In this document: positions 34,455 through 43,936 of the stretch, piece by piece | How positions within the stretch are numbered: the stretch's first letter is position 1 | Layout of the letters: every line of letters starts with the position of its first letter | Source of the DNA: an uncultured bacterium | GTDB taxonomy: Bacteria; Armatimonadota; Hebobacteria; CAYNSX01 | Direction of reading: 5' to 3' | DNA: 64,000 nucleotides | Assembly: GCA_964400165.1 (NCBI GenBank) | Contig: CAYNSX010000004.1 | Span: 5,380 to 69,379, forward strand | Notes under the pieces: generated by a model | The model's database searches: none | Told to the model about the DNA's origin: nothing | Seen by the model: only the letters and a program-made list of their open reading frames with translations | Position numbers and translations under genes: made by a program

Positions 34455-35671
34455 GTGAGCCCGCCCGCGCCGAACTCGACCAATTGAGCCAGGCCTGCAT
34501 CCACTGCGGGCTGTGCTTGGAGGCGTGCCCGACCTACCGCGTCCTGGGCTCGGAGATGGACTCGCCGCGCGGGCGCATTTATCTGATGCGCGCCGTCCTG
34601 CATGACGAATTGCAGCCGACCGCGACGGTGCAGAAACACCTCGACCGTTGCGTCGGCTGCCGGGCGTGCGAACCGGCGTGTCCGTCGGGGATGCAATACG
34701 GGCGATTGCTCGAGGGGTTCCGCGCCGCGGTGTCGGAACCGGCGCGACCGCGCGGCTGGCGGCGGACAGTGGTGCGCGCGCTGATTCGGACGGTGCTGCC
34801 GCACCCCGCCCGCTTGCGCCGGGCGCTGGCGTGGGGCGCGTTCGCTCGCGCGATCGCGCGCCTGTTCAAGCGCCGCGGGCCGCTGCCGCTGGCGCTTGAT
34901 TCGCTGCCGCAGCCGCAGGCGCGACTGCCGCTGCCGGAGACGACATACGCGGGAGGCGCGCGCGGGCGCGTCGGGTTCTTGCGCGGCTGCGCGATGTCCG
35001 TGCTGTTCCCGGCCGTGAATGCCGATACCGTGCGCGTCCTCGCCGCGGCGGGCTACGCGGTCGTGACGCCGCCGCAGCAGGGCTGCTGCGGCGCGCTGGC
35101 CGCGCATGACGGCGATCACGCGGGCGCGGCGCAGTTCGCGCGGGCGCTGATCGCGGCGTTCCCGACCGACTTGGAATGCATCGTGACGAACTCCGCCGGC
35201 TGCGGCGCCGCTATGAAACAATACGGCCACCTGCTCGGCGATGAGGACGGCGCCCGGTTCGCCGCCACGGTGCGCGATGTCAGCGAAGTGCTGGTCGATA
35301 CTCCGTTGCCGCTCGTCGAGCGGAAACAGCGCGTCGCCTACTACGACCCCTGCCACCTGAAGAACGGCCAGGGCATCACAAAGCAACCGCGGGCGCTGCT
35401 GCGAGCGGCGCCGGGCGTGGAATTGGTCGAACTCGGCGCGCTCGGCTGCTGCGGCGGCGCCGGCGCCTACTTCCTGACGCAGCCCGGACTCTCGCAATCG
35501 CTGCTCGATGCGCTGATGGACTGCGTCGCCGAGGCGAAGCCCGATGTTGTCGTCACCGGCAACCCGTCGTGCCTGCTGCAGTTGCAGAAAGGGGTGGCCC
35601 AGCGCGGCCTGACCATCCCCGTCCAGCACCTCGCCGAGTTCCTGGCTGAATCGCTTTCGACAGACCCTTGA
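34451..35671 (+). CDS. glcF: glycolate oxidase iron-sulfur subunit GlcF
   Basis: MSEPARAELDQLSQACIHCGLCLEACPTYRV..LDRCVGCRACEPACPSG.. (2x 4Fe-4S) plus two CCG domains. ATGA overlap with the glcE stop. Confidence 0.8.
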   Translation: MSEPARAELDQLSQACIHCGLCLEACPTYRVLGSEMDSPRGRIYLMRAVLHDELQPTATVQKHLDRCVGCRACEPACPSGMQYGRLLEGFRAAVSEPARPRGWRRTVVRALIRTVLPHPARLRRALAWGAFARAIARLFKRRGPLPLALDSLPQPQARLPLPETTYAGGARGRVGFLRGCAMSVLFPAVNADTVRVLAAAGYAVVTPPQQGCCGALAAHDGDHAGAAQFARALIAAFPTDLECIVTNSAGCGAAMKQYGHLLGDEDGARFAATVRDVSEVLVDTPLPLVERKQRVAYYDPCHLKNGQGITKQPRALLRAAPGVELVELGALGCCGGAGAYFLTQPGLSQSLLDALMDCVAEAKPDVVVTGNPSCLLQLQKGVAQRGLTIPVQHLAEFLAESLSTDP

Positions 35672-35759
35672 CAGGACATCCACAGGATTGGCATACTAAT
35701 AAAACAAAAGTTTGAATATCGAGACGCATGGAAAGTCTGTACAGTCCGAAGGGAAAGCC

Positions 35760-36701
35760 ATGAGTCGAGAAAAGAACGGCAGAGTTAACAAAGGGCGACG
35801 CGAACGCAGCAGATACCTCTCCCCAATCTATCTGGATGGCATCCTAACAGTCAGAGAGCAGCTTGCGCTCTATGGCTACAAGGTCATCCAACGGAAGACA
35901 CGGGGACGAAAATTCATCGCATTTGGATGGTACGGTGGCAAGTTTTCTCATCTCGATTGGCTCCTGCCGCTGCTGCCCTCGTGTCACCACTACTGCGAAC
36001 CTTTTGGCGGCTCTGCTGCGGTTCTGTTGAATCGGCCCCCTTGTCCCGTGGAAACATACAACGATATTGACGGAGAGGTAGTGAATTTCTTCCGAATCCT
36101 TCGCAGCCGACCAGAGCGACTACTCAAGGAGATTGCGCTCACACCCTTTTCCCGGGAAGAGTTCTTCTTTGCCTGCACAACCAATGGTCAGCGCATAACT
36201 GACCTTGAGCGTGCAAGGAGATTCTTCGTTCGCGCACGACAGGTAAGAACGGGACTTGCGCAGAGTGCAAGCCTTGGTCGTTGGGCAAACTGCAAGAACA
36301 CCACCCGTTCGGGAATGTCTGGCGTCGTGTCACGATGGCTTGGGAGCGTTGACACTCTGCCATCGGTCGCAGAGAGATTGCTGCGAGTGCAAATCGAGAA
36401 CCGCCCAGCTGCCGATCTCGTCAAGCTGTACGATGACAAGGGGACTCTTTTCTACTGTGACCCACCCTATCCCCACGAGGCACGCGGAGATGACAAGGCG
36501 TATGGCGCAGAGATGACAGACGAAGAGCATGCAGAGCTGTCAGAACTCTTGGTGCGCGCAAGAGGCAAGGTGGCTGTCTCGGGCTACCGTTGCAAGCTTA
36601 TGGACAAGCTATACAAGGGATTCCGTCGTATCGATGCTCCAACAAAGCTCTGCCATTCAACCAAGGGACCACGCACCGAATCCCTCTGGATCAACTACTG
36701 A
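35760..36701 (+). CDS. Dam-family (alpha-class, D12) N6-adenine DNA methyltransferase
   Basis: Motif X FGWYGGK, motif I EPFGGSAAVLL and motif IV YCDPPY occur in the Dam order. GC is about 50%, far below the flanks. Confidence 0.7.
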   Translation: MSREKNGRVNKGRRERSRYLSPIYLDGILTVREQLALYGYKVIQRKTRGRKFIAFGWYGGKFSHLDWLLPLLPSCHHYCEPFGGSAAVLLNRPPCPVETYNDIDGEVVNFFRILRSRPERLLKEIALTPFSREEFFFACTTNGQRITDLERARRFFVRARQVRTGLAQSASLGRWANCKNTTRSGMSGVVSRWLGSVDTLPSVAERLLRVQIENRPAADLVKLYDDKGTLFYCDPPYPHEARGDDKAYGAEMTDEEHAELSELLVRARGKVAVSGYRCKLMDKLYKGFRRIDAPTKLCHSTKGPRTESLWINY

Positions 36702-36719
36702 GTTACGACAAGTCCGCGA

Positions 36720-37805
36720 ATGCCTGATCTGAATCTCGAAGCCGCGCGTGAAGTACTTGAGCGCCTCTTCACCGAAGTGGAGGGCGAACTGCTTGAGGGC
36801 ACCGTTCCCTCAGTCGACCCGCGATTCAACGATGCGATCTCACATGTGTTCAGATCCTCCACTCAATCATACAGAGAGATCCTCCTTGGCTGCATCCTGG
36901 CCCGTCTCCAGGACAAGAGCATCGACATTCACCTCCCCTATGTTGGCCTAGGAGAGAATTCATACCACGGCAGAAAACTGGATGAAGACGTGGTGAATCC
37001 ATTCCTGCACGCTCACCAAATCCCAAGCACGCGGGGTGCCTTTCTAGCGGTCTTCCGCAGGTCGGTCAGTTTCGTCCCCGAGACTCGGGAGGGACTGAAA
37101 GATACAGCCGGATATGATTCCCTGCTCATCCTAATCGACTACCTTGCTCAAGAAGTGGACGATGGAGCGATAGAAAGTTTTCTAAAAGTGCTGTTGGCAA
37201 AGTTGGTCGAAGTTCGTGAGGGTGCACGTATTGAGCTAATCAATCTGCAACGACTGAGCGCGGATCAATATGGCGCATTGATTGACGGGCTCCTGGCAAG
37301 ACAGAGTGGGGGGAGATTTCCAGTCATGCTGGTCGCGGCTGCTTTCGAGGCGCTCCGCGAGAGATTCCACTTGCCCTGGGAGATACAGACACAAGGGATC
37401 AATGTAGCGGACCTTCCATCGAAGTTCGGTGGAGACATCGTAATCCTGGAAGGTGACAGGACAGTTTTGGCCGCAGAGGTCACCGAACGACGGATCGACA
37501 AAGAGCGAGTCGTGGCCACGTTTCAGGCCAAAATTGGCCCACAAGGGATTGATGACTACTTGTTCTTTGTCACTGCGGACGTGGATGAGTCAGTGATGCG
37601 CCAATCCAGGCAGTACTTCACCCAAGGTCATGAAGTGAGCTTTGTGCTCATAAAGGGTTGGATTCTCGCAATTTTGCTGACGATCGGCCCTGACGGTCGA
37701 AGGGCCTTCAACAATGCATTGTTGGAACGGTTGTCAGACTCAACGGTACCCTCTTCGCTGAAGGCCATTTGGAACGAACTGATGGTCGTGCTTACAGAAG
37801 TTTGA
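36720..37805 (+). CDS. hypothetical 361-aa protein immediately downstream of the methyltransferase; putative restriction endonuclease partner
   Basis: No recognised motif; the call rests only on adjacency and co-orientation with the Dam-like MTase and the shared low GC. A possible PD-(D/E)xK-like stretch ..GGDIVILEGDRTVLAAEVTERRIDKER.. is not convincing. Confidence 0.3.
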   Translation: MPDLNLEAAREVLERLFTEVEGELLEGTVPSVDPRFNDAISHVFRSSTQSYREILLGCILARLQDKSIDIHLPYVGLGENSYHGRKLDEDVVNPFLHAHQIPSTRGAFLAVFRRSVSFVPETREGLKDTAGYDSLLILIDYLAQEVDDGAIESFLKVLLAKLVEVREGARIELINLQRLSADQYGALIDGLLARQSGGRFPVMLVAAAFEALRERFHLPWEIQTQGINVADLPSKFGGDIVILEGDRTVLAAEVTERRIDKERVVATFQAKIGPQGIDDYLFFVTADVDESVMRQSRQYFTQGHEVSFVLIKGWILAILLTIGPDGRRAFNNALLERLSDSTVPSSLKAIWNELMVVLTEV

Positions 37806-37810
37806 CCTCT

Positions 37811-38572
37811 TCAGCTCCTTGACTTCAGCGCCTCTTTCAACAACTCCACCGTCGCGGCGACATCGGTCTCGATGTAGCGCTCGCCGCGGGCGCGGTCGCC
37901 GAGCGTCGGGTCGCCGACGACCCCGTTGCCGGTGACCTGCTTCCAGGTCTTGCTCTTGAAGTCTTCCCGCGCCTCGCGGTAGTCGCCGGTGAAGCCGGGC
38001 GCGGCCTTGTCCATCTGCACCAGGCCGCTGTGGAGCGCCAGCATGATCGAGGTCTCGACCTCGCCGGCGTGGGCGCCGGCGGCGCCGGTGCCGATGCCGT
38101 CCTTGGCGGCCACCTGATAGAAGCGGTCGAAAGCGGTATCGAGGTCAATCAGGTAGTGCACGCGCGCCGGCGCCACCGTCCGGCGCAAGTCGGCGAGCAT
38201 CGCTTCGAGCGGCGGGAAGTTGCCGCCGTGCGTCGGCAGCAGGACCAGGTCGGTGAGGCCATGCTGCGCCAGGGTGCGGCAATAATCGGTGACGACGGCC
38301 TGCAGCGTTTCGCGGCGCAGCGAGATGGTGCCGGGGAACTCCATGTGGTGGTCGCTGCAGCCGGCGGCGATGCACGGGGCGACGAACGCCTGGCCCAGCG
38401 CCCGCGCCACCCGCTCGCCGAGCGCCCGGCCGTAGGCGCTGTCGGTCATGGTCGGCAGGTGGGGGCCGTGCTGCTCGTTCGAGCCGACGGGGATCAGGCA
38501 GGTGGTCCAGCCGACGGCAATGCGGGCGGCGATTTCGGGCGAAGTCAGATGTTCCAGCGCGACGGTCTCCAC
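37811..38572 (-). CDS. creatininase / creatinine amidohydrolase family protein
   Basis: ..IPVGSNEQHGPHLP..D....HGGN.. metal-binding pattern of the creatininase fold. The start is taken at the GTG of VETVALEH (M/V45 of the track ORF). Confidence 0.6.
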   Translation of the reverse strand: METVALEHLTSPEIAARIAVGWTTCLIPVGSNEQHGPHLPTMTDSAYGRALGERVARALGQAFVAPCIAAGCSDHHMEFPGTISLRRETLQAVVTDYCRTLAQHGLTDLVLLPTHGGNFPPLEAMLADLRRTVAPARVHYLIDLDTAFDRFYQVAAKDGIGTGAAGAHAGEVETSIMLALHSGLVQMDKAAPGFTGDYREAREDFKSKTWKQVTGNGVVGDPTLGDRARGERYIETDVAATVELLKEALKSRS

Positions 38573-38652
38573 GGGGCGTCCTCCCGGAGGAAGGATACGC
38601 ACCGCGGCGCGCCGAAACAATTGGGCAGCGTCTTCCGGGAAGGGAGTCCCTC

Positions 38653-39330
38653 GTGACACGACCGATTGCACTCGGCCTCGCGGCCCTGATGACCGCCGCC
38701 ACATTGGCGGCGCCAGCCCTGGCCAGCCCCAACCTCCTCGGCGCCACCGGGCTGATCCGCACGCCGTCGGCGGATGTCCTGCCGGCCGGCGGCTACAACC
38801 TGGGCGGCTTCTTTTCCGAGAGCAACCCGTTCACGCTCGACACGACCGCGGACACATCGCTGTGGGTTGCGAACTACGGCGTGGAGGGCAATCTCGAACT
38901 GGGCATCGTCGGCTTGAGCAACAGCACGGACATTTTCACGGGGAATGCGAAACTGCTGATCGAGCCGGAGGTGGGCAGCCAAGTGGGGATTGCCGTCGGC
39001 GTGTACGACTTCCTGGACGAGACCGCCATCACCCCGTATGTCGTCTTCAGCAAATCACTGGTGCCCGGGCACGGGCTGCCGTTCGGCGCCGATGAAGTGT
39101 CGGTCGTGCGCCTGCATGTCGGCGGGTCGTCCGAGGGAATCTTGCACGGCATCTTCGCCGGCGCCACCGTCGTGGTCGGCCGGCAGTTGATGGGCATGGC
39201 GGAGTGGGACGGCGACGATTTCAACTTCGGCGGGCGCCTGTTCATCGGCACCAACTTGCGCATCCACGGCTTCTATCTGGGCGGCCCGGAGAACTTCGCC
39301 GGCGGCGTGTCCTGGAACGGGCGCTTCTAG
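38653..39330 (+). CDS. small outer-membrane beta-barrel-like protein, hypothetical
   Basis: Signal peptide MTRPIALGLAALMTAATLAAPALA, Gly/aromatic-rich alternating strands, C-terminal ..WNGRF. Confidence 0.4.
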   Translation: MTRPIALGLAALMTAATLAAPALASPNLLGATGLIRTPSADVLPAGGYNLGGFFSESNPFTLDTTADTSLWVANYGVEGNLELGIVGLSNSTDIFTGNAKLLIEPEVGSQVGIAVGVYDFLDETAITPYVVFSKSLVPGHGLPFGADEVSVVRLHVGGSSEGILHGIFAGATVVVGRQLMGMAEWDGDDFNFGGRLFIGTNLRIHGFYLGGPENFAGGVSWNGRF

Positions 39331-39334
39331 CCCC

Positions 39335-41386
39335 TCACAGCCGCGTCGCGATCACTTCGACCCAGAACTTGCTGCCGGCGCCGAACGAGAACCCCTGCCC
39401 GACGCCGGTGCCGCCGTTGGGCGAGTAGTTGGCCACCAGTTCATACAGCCCCAGCCGGTAGGCCAGCGCCACCCGGCTGTCGGTGAAAGTGCCGAGCGAC
39501 AAGTCCGAATGGCTGACCTGGGCGAAAACCCGCCAGCGCGGCGGGGCGCCGCCCGCGCTCGGGAACCGATAGCCCGCCCAGCTGCTGGCAAACAGGTCGG
39601 ACCGGGTCAGGTCGTAGGTGGCGTACAACTGCCCCTCCCAGCGCCGCCCCTGCTGTAACCCGAAGGACAGGTCGAGACTCTGCCGCGAGTCAAAGTCGCC
39701 GTCCCGGCCCTGCGTCACCGAGGTGCGGAAACTGAAGTTGCCGTAGGCGGTGCGCTGCTGATTCGCGCTCGTGCTGCGATAGGCGAGGCCGGCGCGACCG
39801 GTGTAGGACTGGCGCAGGCCGAGGATGTCGAAGTTGGTGAGCCGCGCCGTGACGGCCGTCGTCAGGCGCAGCGCGGAATTGAACTCGACCGACGGGGGCG
39901 CCAGCGTCAGCGCGCCGGTCTCGTGCAGCACCTGCTGCTCGGTTGCTTCCGCGGACGCGTCGGGGTCCTCGGAAAAGCCGGGTGCAACGATGAGCGGCCC
40001 GATGCCGACTCCCAGCCGCCAGCGCGTCCGCAGCCAGCCGCCGAAGAGCGCTCCGCCGGAATCCGCCGACAGTTCGCTCGTCCAGGCCGAGTTGTCGCCG
40101 CTCTTCACGGCGCTGCCGACAAACGAAAAGGTCGTCAATCCGATGCGGCGGGAGAGACCGGCGCTCACCGTGCCCTGGTCGGGGAGTGTCTCGAAGCCGG
40201 GGTCGTAACTGATGCCGAAGTTGCCGTCGGTCTGGTGTTCGAAGCGCTGCCAGTGGGTCCAAAGAAGCGCATGGCGGCCGGTCAGGTCGTCTACCCAGAT
40301 GCCGCCCTGGCCGCCATTCGACAGGCGGTATTGATGCTCGAACTGCACCGACCAGCCGGGGGTCACGAACTCCGGCGAAAAGCCGAACAGGGCCGTGCGT
40401 TGGACATGCAGCGCGGTAATGGCGTCGGTGCCCGCGAACAGATAGAAGGGCAGATCGAGGCCCAACCCGCGGGCGCTGTCGTAACTCAAAATCTGATTGA
40501 TGTAGCCCGGGTCGAGCCGCTGCAAGAAGGCGACATGGTAGAGCAGCGACCAGACGCGCCGGCCTTGAATGATGAAGGTCGGGCGCTTGAAGTGCACGCG
40601 GTCGCCGACGAAGACAATCGCTTCCTTCGCCTCGATCCAGACGGCGGTGCCGGCGGTCTCGAAGCCGCCGAGTTCCTCGACCGGGTCCGGGTCGCGGTCG
40701 GTGCGCGTATTGAGGCCGCGATCGAAAACCCAATGAGACGGATCCGCGCCCGGGTCGTACAGCGTGCCGTAGCCCTGCGCCAGGCGGAAAATGAGGCCGG
40801 TCCCGCGCCGGACGCGGTCCTGCCACTGCACGGTGACGGCGCCGGTCGCCCGCACGACGCCCAGCAGCGCATGACATTCGATCTCGTCGGCCTCGATGAC
40901 GAAGCCCTCCCACTCGAGCCGCGCGTGCGGGCCGGCGATGACGACGGCGGCCTGCTCGCTGAAGGCGACGCGGTCGCCCGTGAGGCGCACCACCAGCCGC
41001 TCGGCGGGCGGCGGCGCCTGTTCCTGCGGCACGAATTCGACGGAGGCCTCGCCGGTGATGCCTTCGACTGCGGCGGTGATAACGGCCGTGGCGGGGTAGG
41101 CCGGCGCGGTGAGTTCCGCGCGAGCGACACCGCCCGCGGTGGTGGCGTACGGGGTGATGGTCCCGTGTGAGGCGAGCAGCGAGACGCGCGTGCCGTCCGG
41201 CGCCGGCGCGCCGAGCCCATCGCGCACTTCAACGGTCACGGTGATGCGGGTGGCGCCGTCGGCCGGCGCCGCATCGGTGGACGTGCGCACCAGCACCGAG
41301 GCGACTTGGGCGACCGCCGCCTGCGCGGCGCACAACATCATGCACACAGCGACGGCGCGGGTGCGGCGGACCAGCGACCCCCTCAC
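39335..41386 (-). CDS. LptD/OstA-like outer-membrane protein (putative)
   Basis: Signal peptide, an OstA-like N-terminal region (..VVRLTGDRVAFSEQAAVVIAGPHARLEWEGFVIEADEIECH..GAVTVQWQDRVRRGTGLIF..), then a long beta-barrel-like C-terminal region ending ..FWVEVIATRL. Confidence 0.4.
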   Translation of the reverse strand: MRGSLVRRTRAVAVCMMLCAAQAAVAQVASVLVRTSTDAAPADGATRITVTVEVRDGLGAPAPDGTRVSLLASHGTITPYATTAGGVARAELTAPAYPATAVITAAVEGITGEASVEFVPQEQAPPPAERLVVRLTGDRVAFSEQAAVVIAGPHARLEWEGFVIEADEIECHALLGVVRATGAVTVQWQDRVRRGTGLIFRLAQGYGTLYDPGADPSHWVFDRGLNTRTDRDPDPVEELGGFETAGTAVWIEAKEAIVFVGDRVHFKRPTFIIQGRRVWSLLYHVAFLQRLDPGYINQILSYDSARGLGLDLPFYLFAGTDAITALHVQRTALFGFSPEFVTPGWSVQFEHQYRLSNGGQGGIWVDDLTGRHALLWTHWQRFEHQTDGNFGISYDPGFETLPDQGTVSAGLSRRIGLTTFSFVGSAVKSGDNSAWTSELSADSGGALFGGWLRTRWRLGVGIGPLIVAPGFSEDPDASAEATEQQVLHETGALTLAPPSVEFNSALRLTTAVTARLTNFDILGLRQSYTGRAGLAYRSTSANQQRTAYGNFSFRTSVTQGRDGDFDSRQSLDLSFGLQQGRRWEGQLYATYDLTRSDLFASSWAGYRFPSAGGAPPRWRVFAQVSHSDLSLGTFTDSRVALAYRLGLYELVANYSPNGGTGVGQGFSFGAGSKFWVEVIATRL

Positions 41387-41396
41387 GGGTCTGCGC

Positions 41397-41612
41397 TTAT
41401 CGCGGAGCGACGGGGGTGCGCGTTCCGGGTGTGATGCTCTTGGGGCCGGACGCCGAGGAGATGATTTGCAGCTGCCGCGATCGCTCGCTCGGGAGCGTCA
41501 GCGTGTAGGACGGCTGCTTGCGCAAGTCGATGACCTTGCCGGCGATTCGGTCGTAGAGTTGCAGCCGCACGCCGTCCGGGACGCCGGCCAGTCCGCGCCA
41601 ATCGAGCGTCAC
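41397..41612 (-). pseudogene. out-of-frame C-terminal FlgD-Ig-like domain belonging to the upstream 768-aa gene (frameshift or sequencing error)
   Basis: VTLDWRGLAGVPDGVRLQLYDRIAGKVIDLRKQPSYTLTLPSERSRQLQI is homologous to the C-terminus of the M6 protease paralog, VTLTWSMFQVPAGYALTLTDSVTGARTDLKRAKSYSFTLAPGQTTRALTI. It begins with GTG overlapping the upstream TGA (GGTGACG), next to a GGCGGCGGGGCGGCGG run. Confidence 0.45.
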
Positions 41613-43915
41613 CGCTCCGCCGCCCCGCCGCCGCTCGGCGCCGTCACTTCGACGGTCCAGGTCTGCGACGGGCCGGAGCGGCGATAGTCGGCGGCGAGCC
41701 CGGGGCGGTAGTCGGATGAGAGGAAGCGCAGCGACACGGTGGAGGCGATGGCAGGCGCCTTTTCGACATCTTCCGAGCCGAAGCGGTCCGCGGCGCTCGT
41801 GAGGATGCCGAAGAAGTTATCGGGGTCTTGCAGGCGGCCGCTGGTGGCCACGAGGCGGAGACGCCAGTCGGGCGCGGCGCCCGTCGCGGCCATGGTGGTC
41901 GCGGTGGCGTCGGAGGTCGGTCGGTAGTCGAGCACACCGGCGCGCTGCAGGTCGGCCAGGGCGCGCTCGCGGGCGGCATCGAACTTGGCGCGTGACGGGA
42001 GCGCCGGGCCGTTGCTGCCGCCGCGGCCGATGGTCGGCAGGCGCAACGACGGCAGGTTCACGCGGAACGGCACCGACAGCGGGTCGATGGTCGGGTCGAT
42101 CGGAATGGGCTGGAAAATCAGGAACACATCGCGCAACGCGCGAATCCAATAGCCGCGGTACGGCTCCAGGATCTGGCCGTCAAAGTCGGAGAAGCGATAA
42201 TTGCCGATGCGGCGGTCCCAGAAATAGATGTTGCGGCGGATGTACCCGCGGTCCACCGCTTCGCGCATCGTGAACACTTCGTTGTCCTTGACGATGAGCA
42301 GTGTCCCGCGGTGAATCGGGAAGTGGTACGGGGGGCTGATGCCGTTCCAACCGTCGCCACGCGAGTCGAGGAAAAATGCAAACTCCCGCTGCGGGTTGAC
42401 GGATTGGAAGTCTTCCATCAACAGCGGGCGCGCCTGCAGGCCGTTCTGCAAGGTGTACATATCGGAGGCCTGCTGGAGACTGATCCAATAGGCGCGGCCC
42501 GGGACGGTGTCGGCAAGTTCCGGCTCCAGGTTGATCGGGTCGAAGATGGCATAGCGGCGGCGGTCGGGCAGATAGGTGGCGAACCGACCGGTCAGTTCGT
42601 CTTCACCGAGCGTGACCGACCCGCGGTCGCGGGCCAGCCCCAGCGCGATCGGCGGATAGCGGTCGGTGAAATCGAAGGGGAAGCCGACAAAGTCCACACC
42701 CGTCGGGTCGCTGGGCGAGACGGCGGCCGGGAAGAAGTGCCAGGGCAGCGCGGGCACGACCACTTTTCGCTTGATGGTGCGCGCGGCAATGCCCTGCGGG
42801 CCGACTGGAGAGACGACAATCTGATACTCCAGGACGCCGTTGCGCAGATTGTCGGCAATCACATCCCAGCCGAGAAAAGTCTCCTGCTGAATGTCAACGG
42901 ACGGGAAGGCCTTGGTCGACAGTTCCCCTGGCGCCAACCGTAGCCCTTCGGGCAGGAAGATGGTGGCGGTGCCGCCGGCACCCGTCAGGTGGTTACCGAG
43001 AATGAGCGGGCCCTGGTTGAAGACTCCCATCCGCGCGGTAAACGGCTCCGGGGTGAAATGGAATGGGAACGGAAAACCGGTCTGCGAATACATGGCGTTG
43101 GCGATGCCCAGCGCCCGCACCGAGGAGGTAGTCGCCGAATAAGGTTTTTGGTATTCGCCAGACCCCCACCCCAGCCCGATGTAGACGATGAAGGTGCGCT
43201 TCTGGCCTGCGGCGACGCTGATGCTGGGGAAGATGATGCGCCAGAAGCCGGGCAGAACCGGCGGACTAACTTCCACACGGGTCGGCAACACCACTTTGCG
43301 CGGGTCCTGATCGCTGAGGCCGCTCAAGTACACCTGCGCCGTGATCTGGCCCCCGCCGACGAAGGGCGGCGTGGGGAAGAAGGACAGCAGTTGCGCGGGC
43401 CGGTCGCGTCCGGTGTATACGGGCCCGCTGAAGGGCGGCCCGGGCAGGTGGTCCGGGAACGCCTCGAACGCACTAAAGGGGTTGCGGATAATGACTTCCG
43501 GCTGCAAGGTGAAGAAAGTGCCGAAGGGGTTCACCAGACTGAACTCGAAGCGGAACATATCCCGCGTCACTTCGGCATCGGGGAAGTTCAGGTCCTCCAC
43601 GAAACTGCTGGCGACGCCGACATTGTCGAACACGGACTCCCCATTGATCAGCAGCCAGAGGTCGGCCAGGTCTTGTCCCTCATCGCCATCCCGGAAGGGG
43701 TCGCCGTTGAGCGTCGTAATCCGGAACAGCGGATTGACGCCGCCGCCGGCGAGCGGGTTATCCGTTGGAACCGGGAATGACGGCCAGAGAACCGCAAAGA
43801 GATAGTTGCTCGCCGTGACCTGCGCCGCGGACGGCAGCGCCAAGCCCATGGCGCCGACCGCCAAAAGCACCAGCGCCCGCCCGACGCCCGCGCAACCTGT
43901 CCCGATGCCGCGCAT
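41609..43915 (-). CDS. large secreted hypothetical protein (768 aa), paralogous to the C-terminal part of the M6 protease
   Basis: Signal peptide MRGIGTGCAGVGRALVLLAVGAMGLALPSAAQ. The pre-tail ..PDWRLRLVATSGRLQDPDNFFGIL.. parallels ..SEWRLRLIAETARFRDNDAILGAS.. in the M6 protein. Confidence 0.5.
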   Translation of the reverse strand: MRGIGTGCAGVGRALVLLAVGAMGLALPSAAQVTASNYLFAVLWPSFPVPTDNPLAGGGVNPLFRITTLNGDPFRDGDEGQDLADLWLLINGESVFDNVGVASSFVEDLNFPDAEVTRDMFRFEFSLVNPFGTFFTLQPEVIIRNPFSAFEAFPDHLPGPPFSGPVYTGRDRPAQLLSFFPTPPFVGGGQITAQVYLSGLSDQDPRKVVLPTRVEVSPPVLPGFWRIIFPSISVAAGQKRTFIVYIGLGWGSGEYQKPYSATTSSVRALGIANAMYSQTGFPFPFHFTPEPFTARMGVFNQGPLILGNHLTGAGGTATIFLPEGLRLAPGELSTKAFPSVDIQQETFLGWDVIADNLRNGVLEYQIVVSPVGPQGIAARTIKRKVVVPALPWHFFPAAVSPSDPTGVDFVGFPFDFTDRYPPIALGLARDRGSVTLGEDELTGRFATYLPDRRRYAIFDPINLEPELADTVPGRAYWISLQQASDMYTLQNGLQARPLLMEDFQSVNPQREFAFFLDSRGDGWNGISPPYHFPIHRGTLLIVKDNEVFTMREAVDRGYIRRNIYFWDRRIGNYRFSDFDGQILEPYRGYWIRALRDVFLIFQPIPIDPTIDPLSVPFRVNLPSLRLPTIGRGGSNGPALPSRAKFDAARERALADLQRAGVLDYRPTSDATATTMAATGAAPDWRLRLVATSGRLQDPDNFFGILTSAADRFGSEDVEKAPAIASTVSLRFLSSDYRPGLAADYRRSGPSQTWTVEVTAPSGGGAAER

Positions 43916-43936
43916 GCCGACGATCTCCCTCCCGAG

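Noticed and set aside
36720-37805. Confident assignment of the 361-aa protein as a PD-(D/E)xK restriction endonuclease
   Set aside because: No convincing catalytic motif could be identified by eye. It is retained only as a putative partner based on adjacency to the Dam-like MTase.
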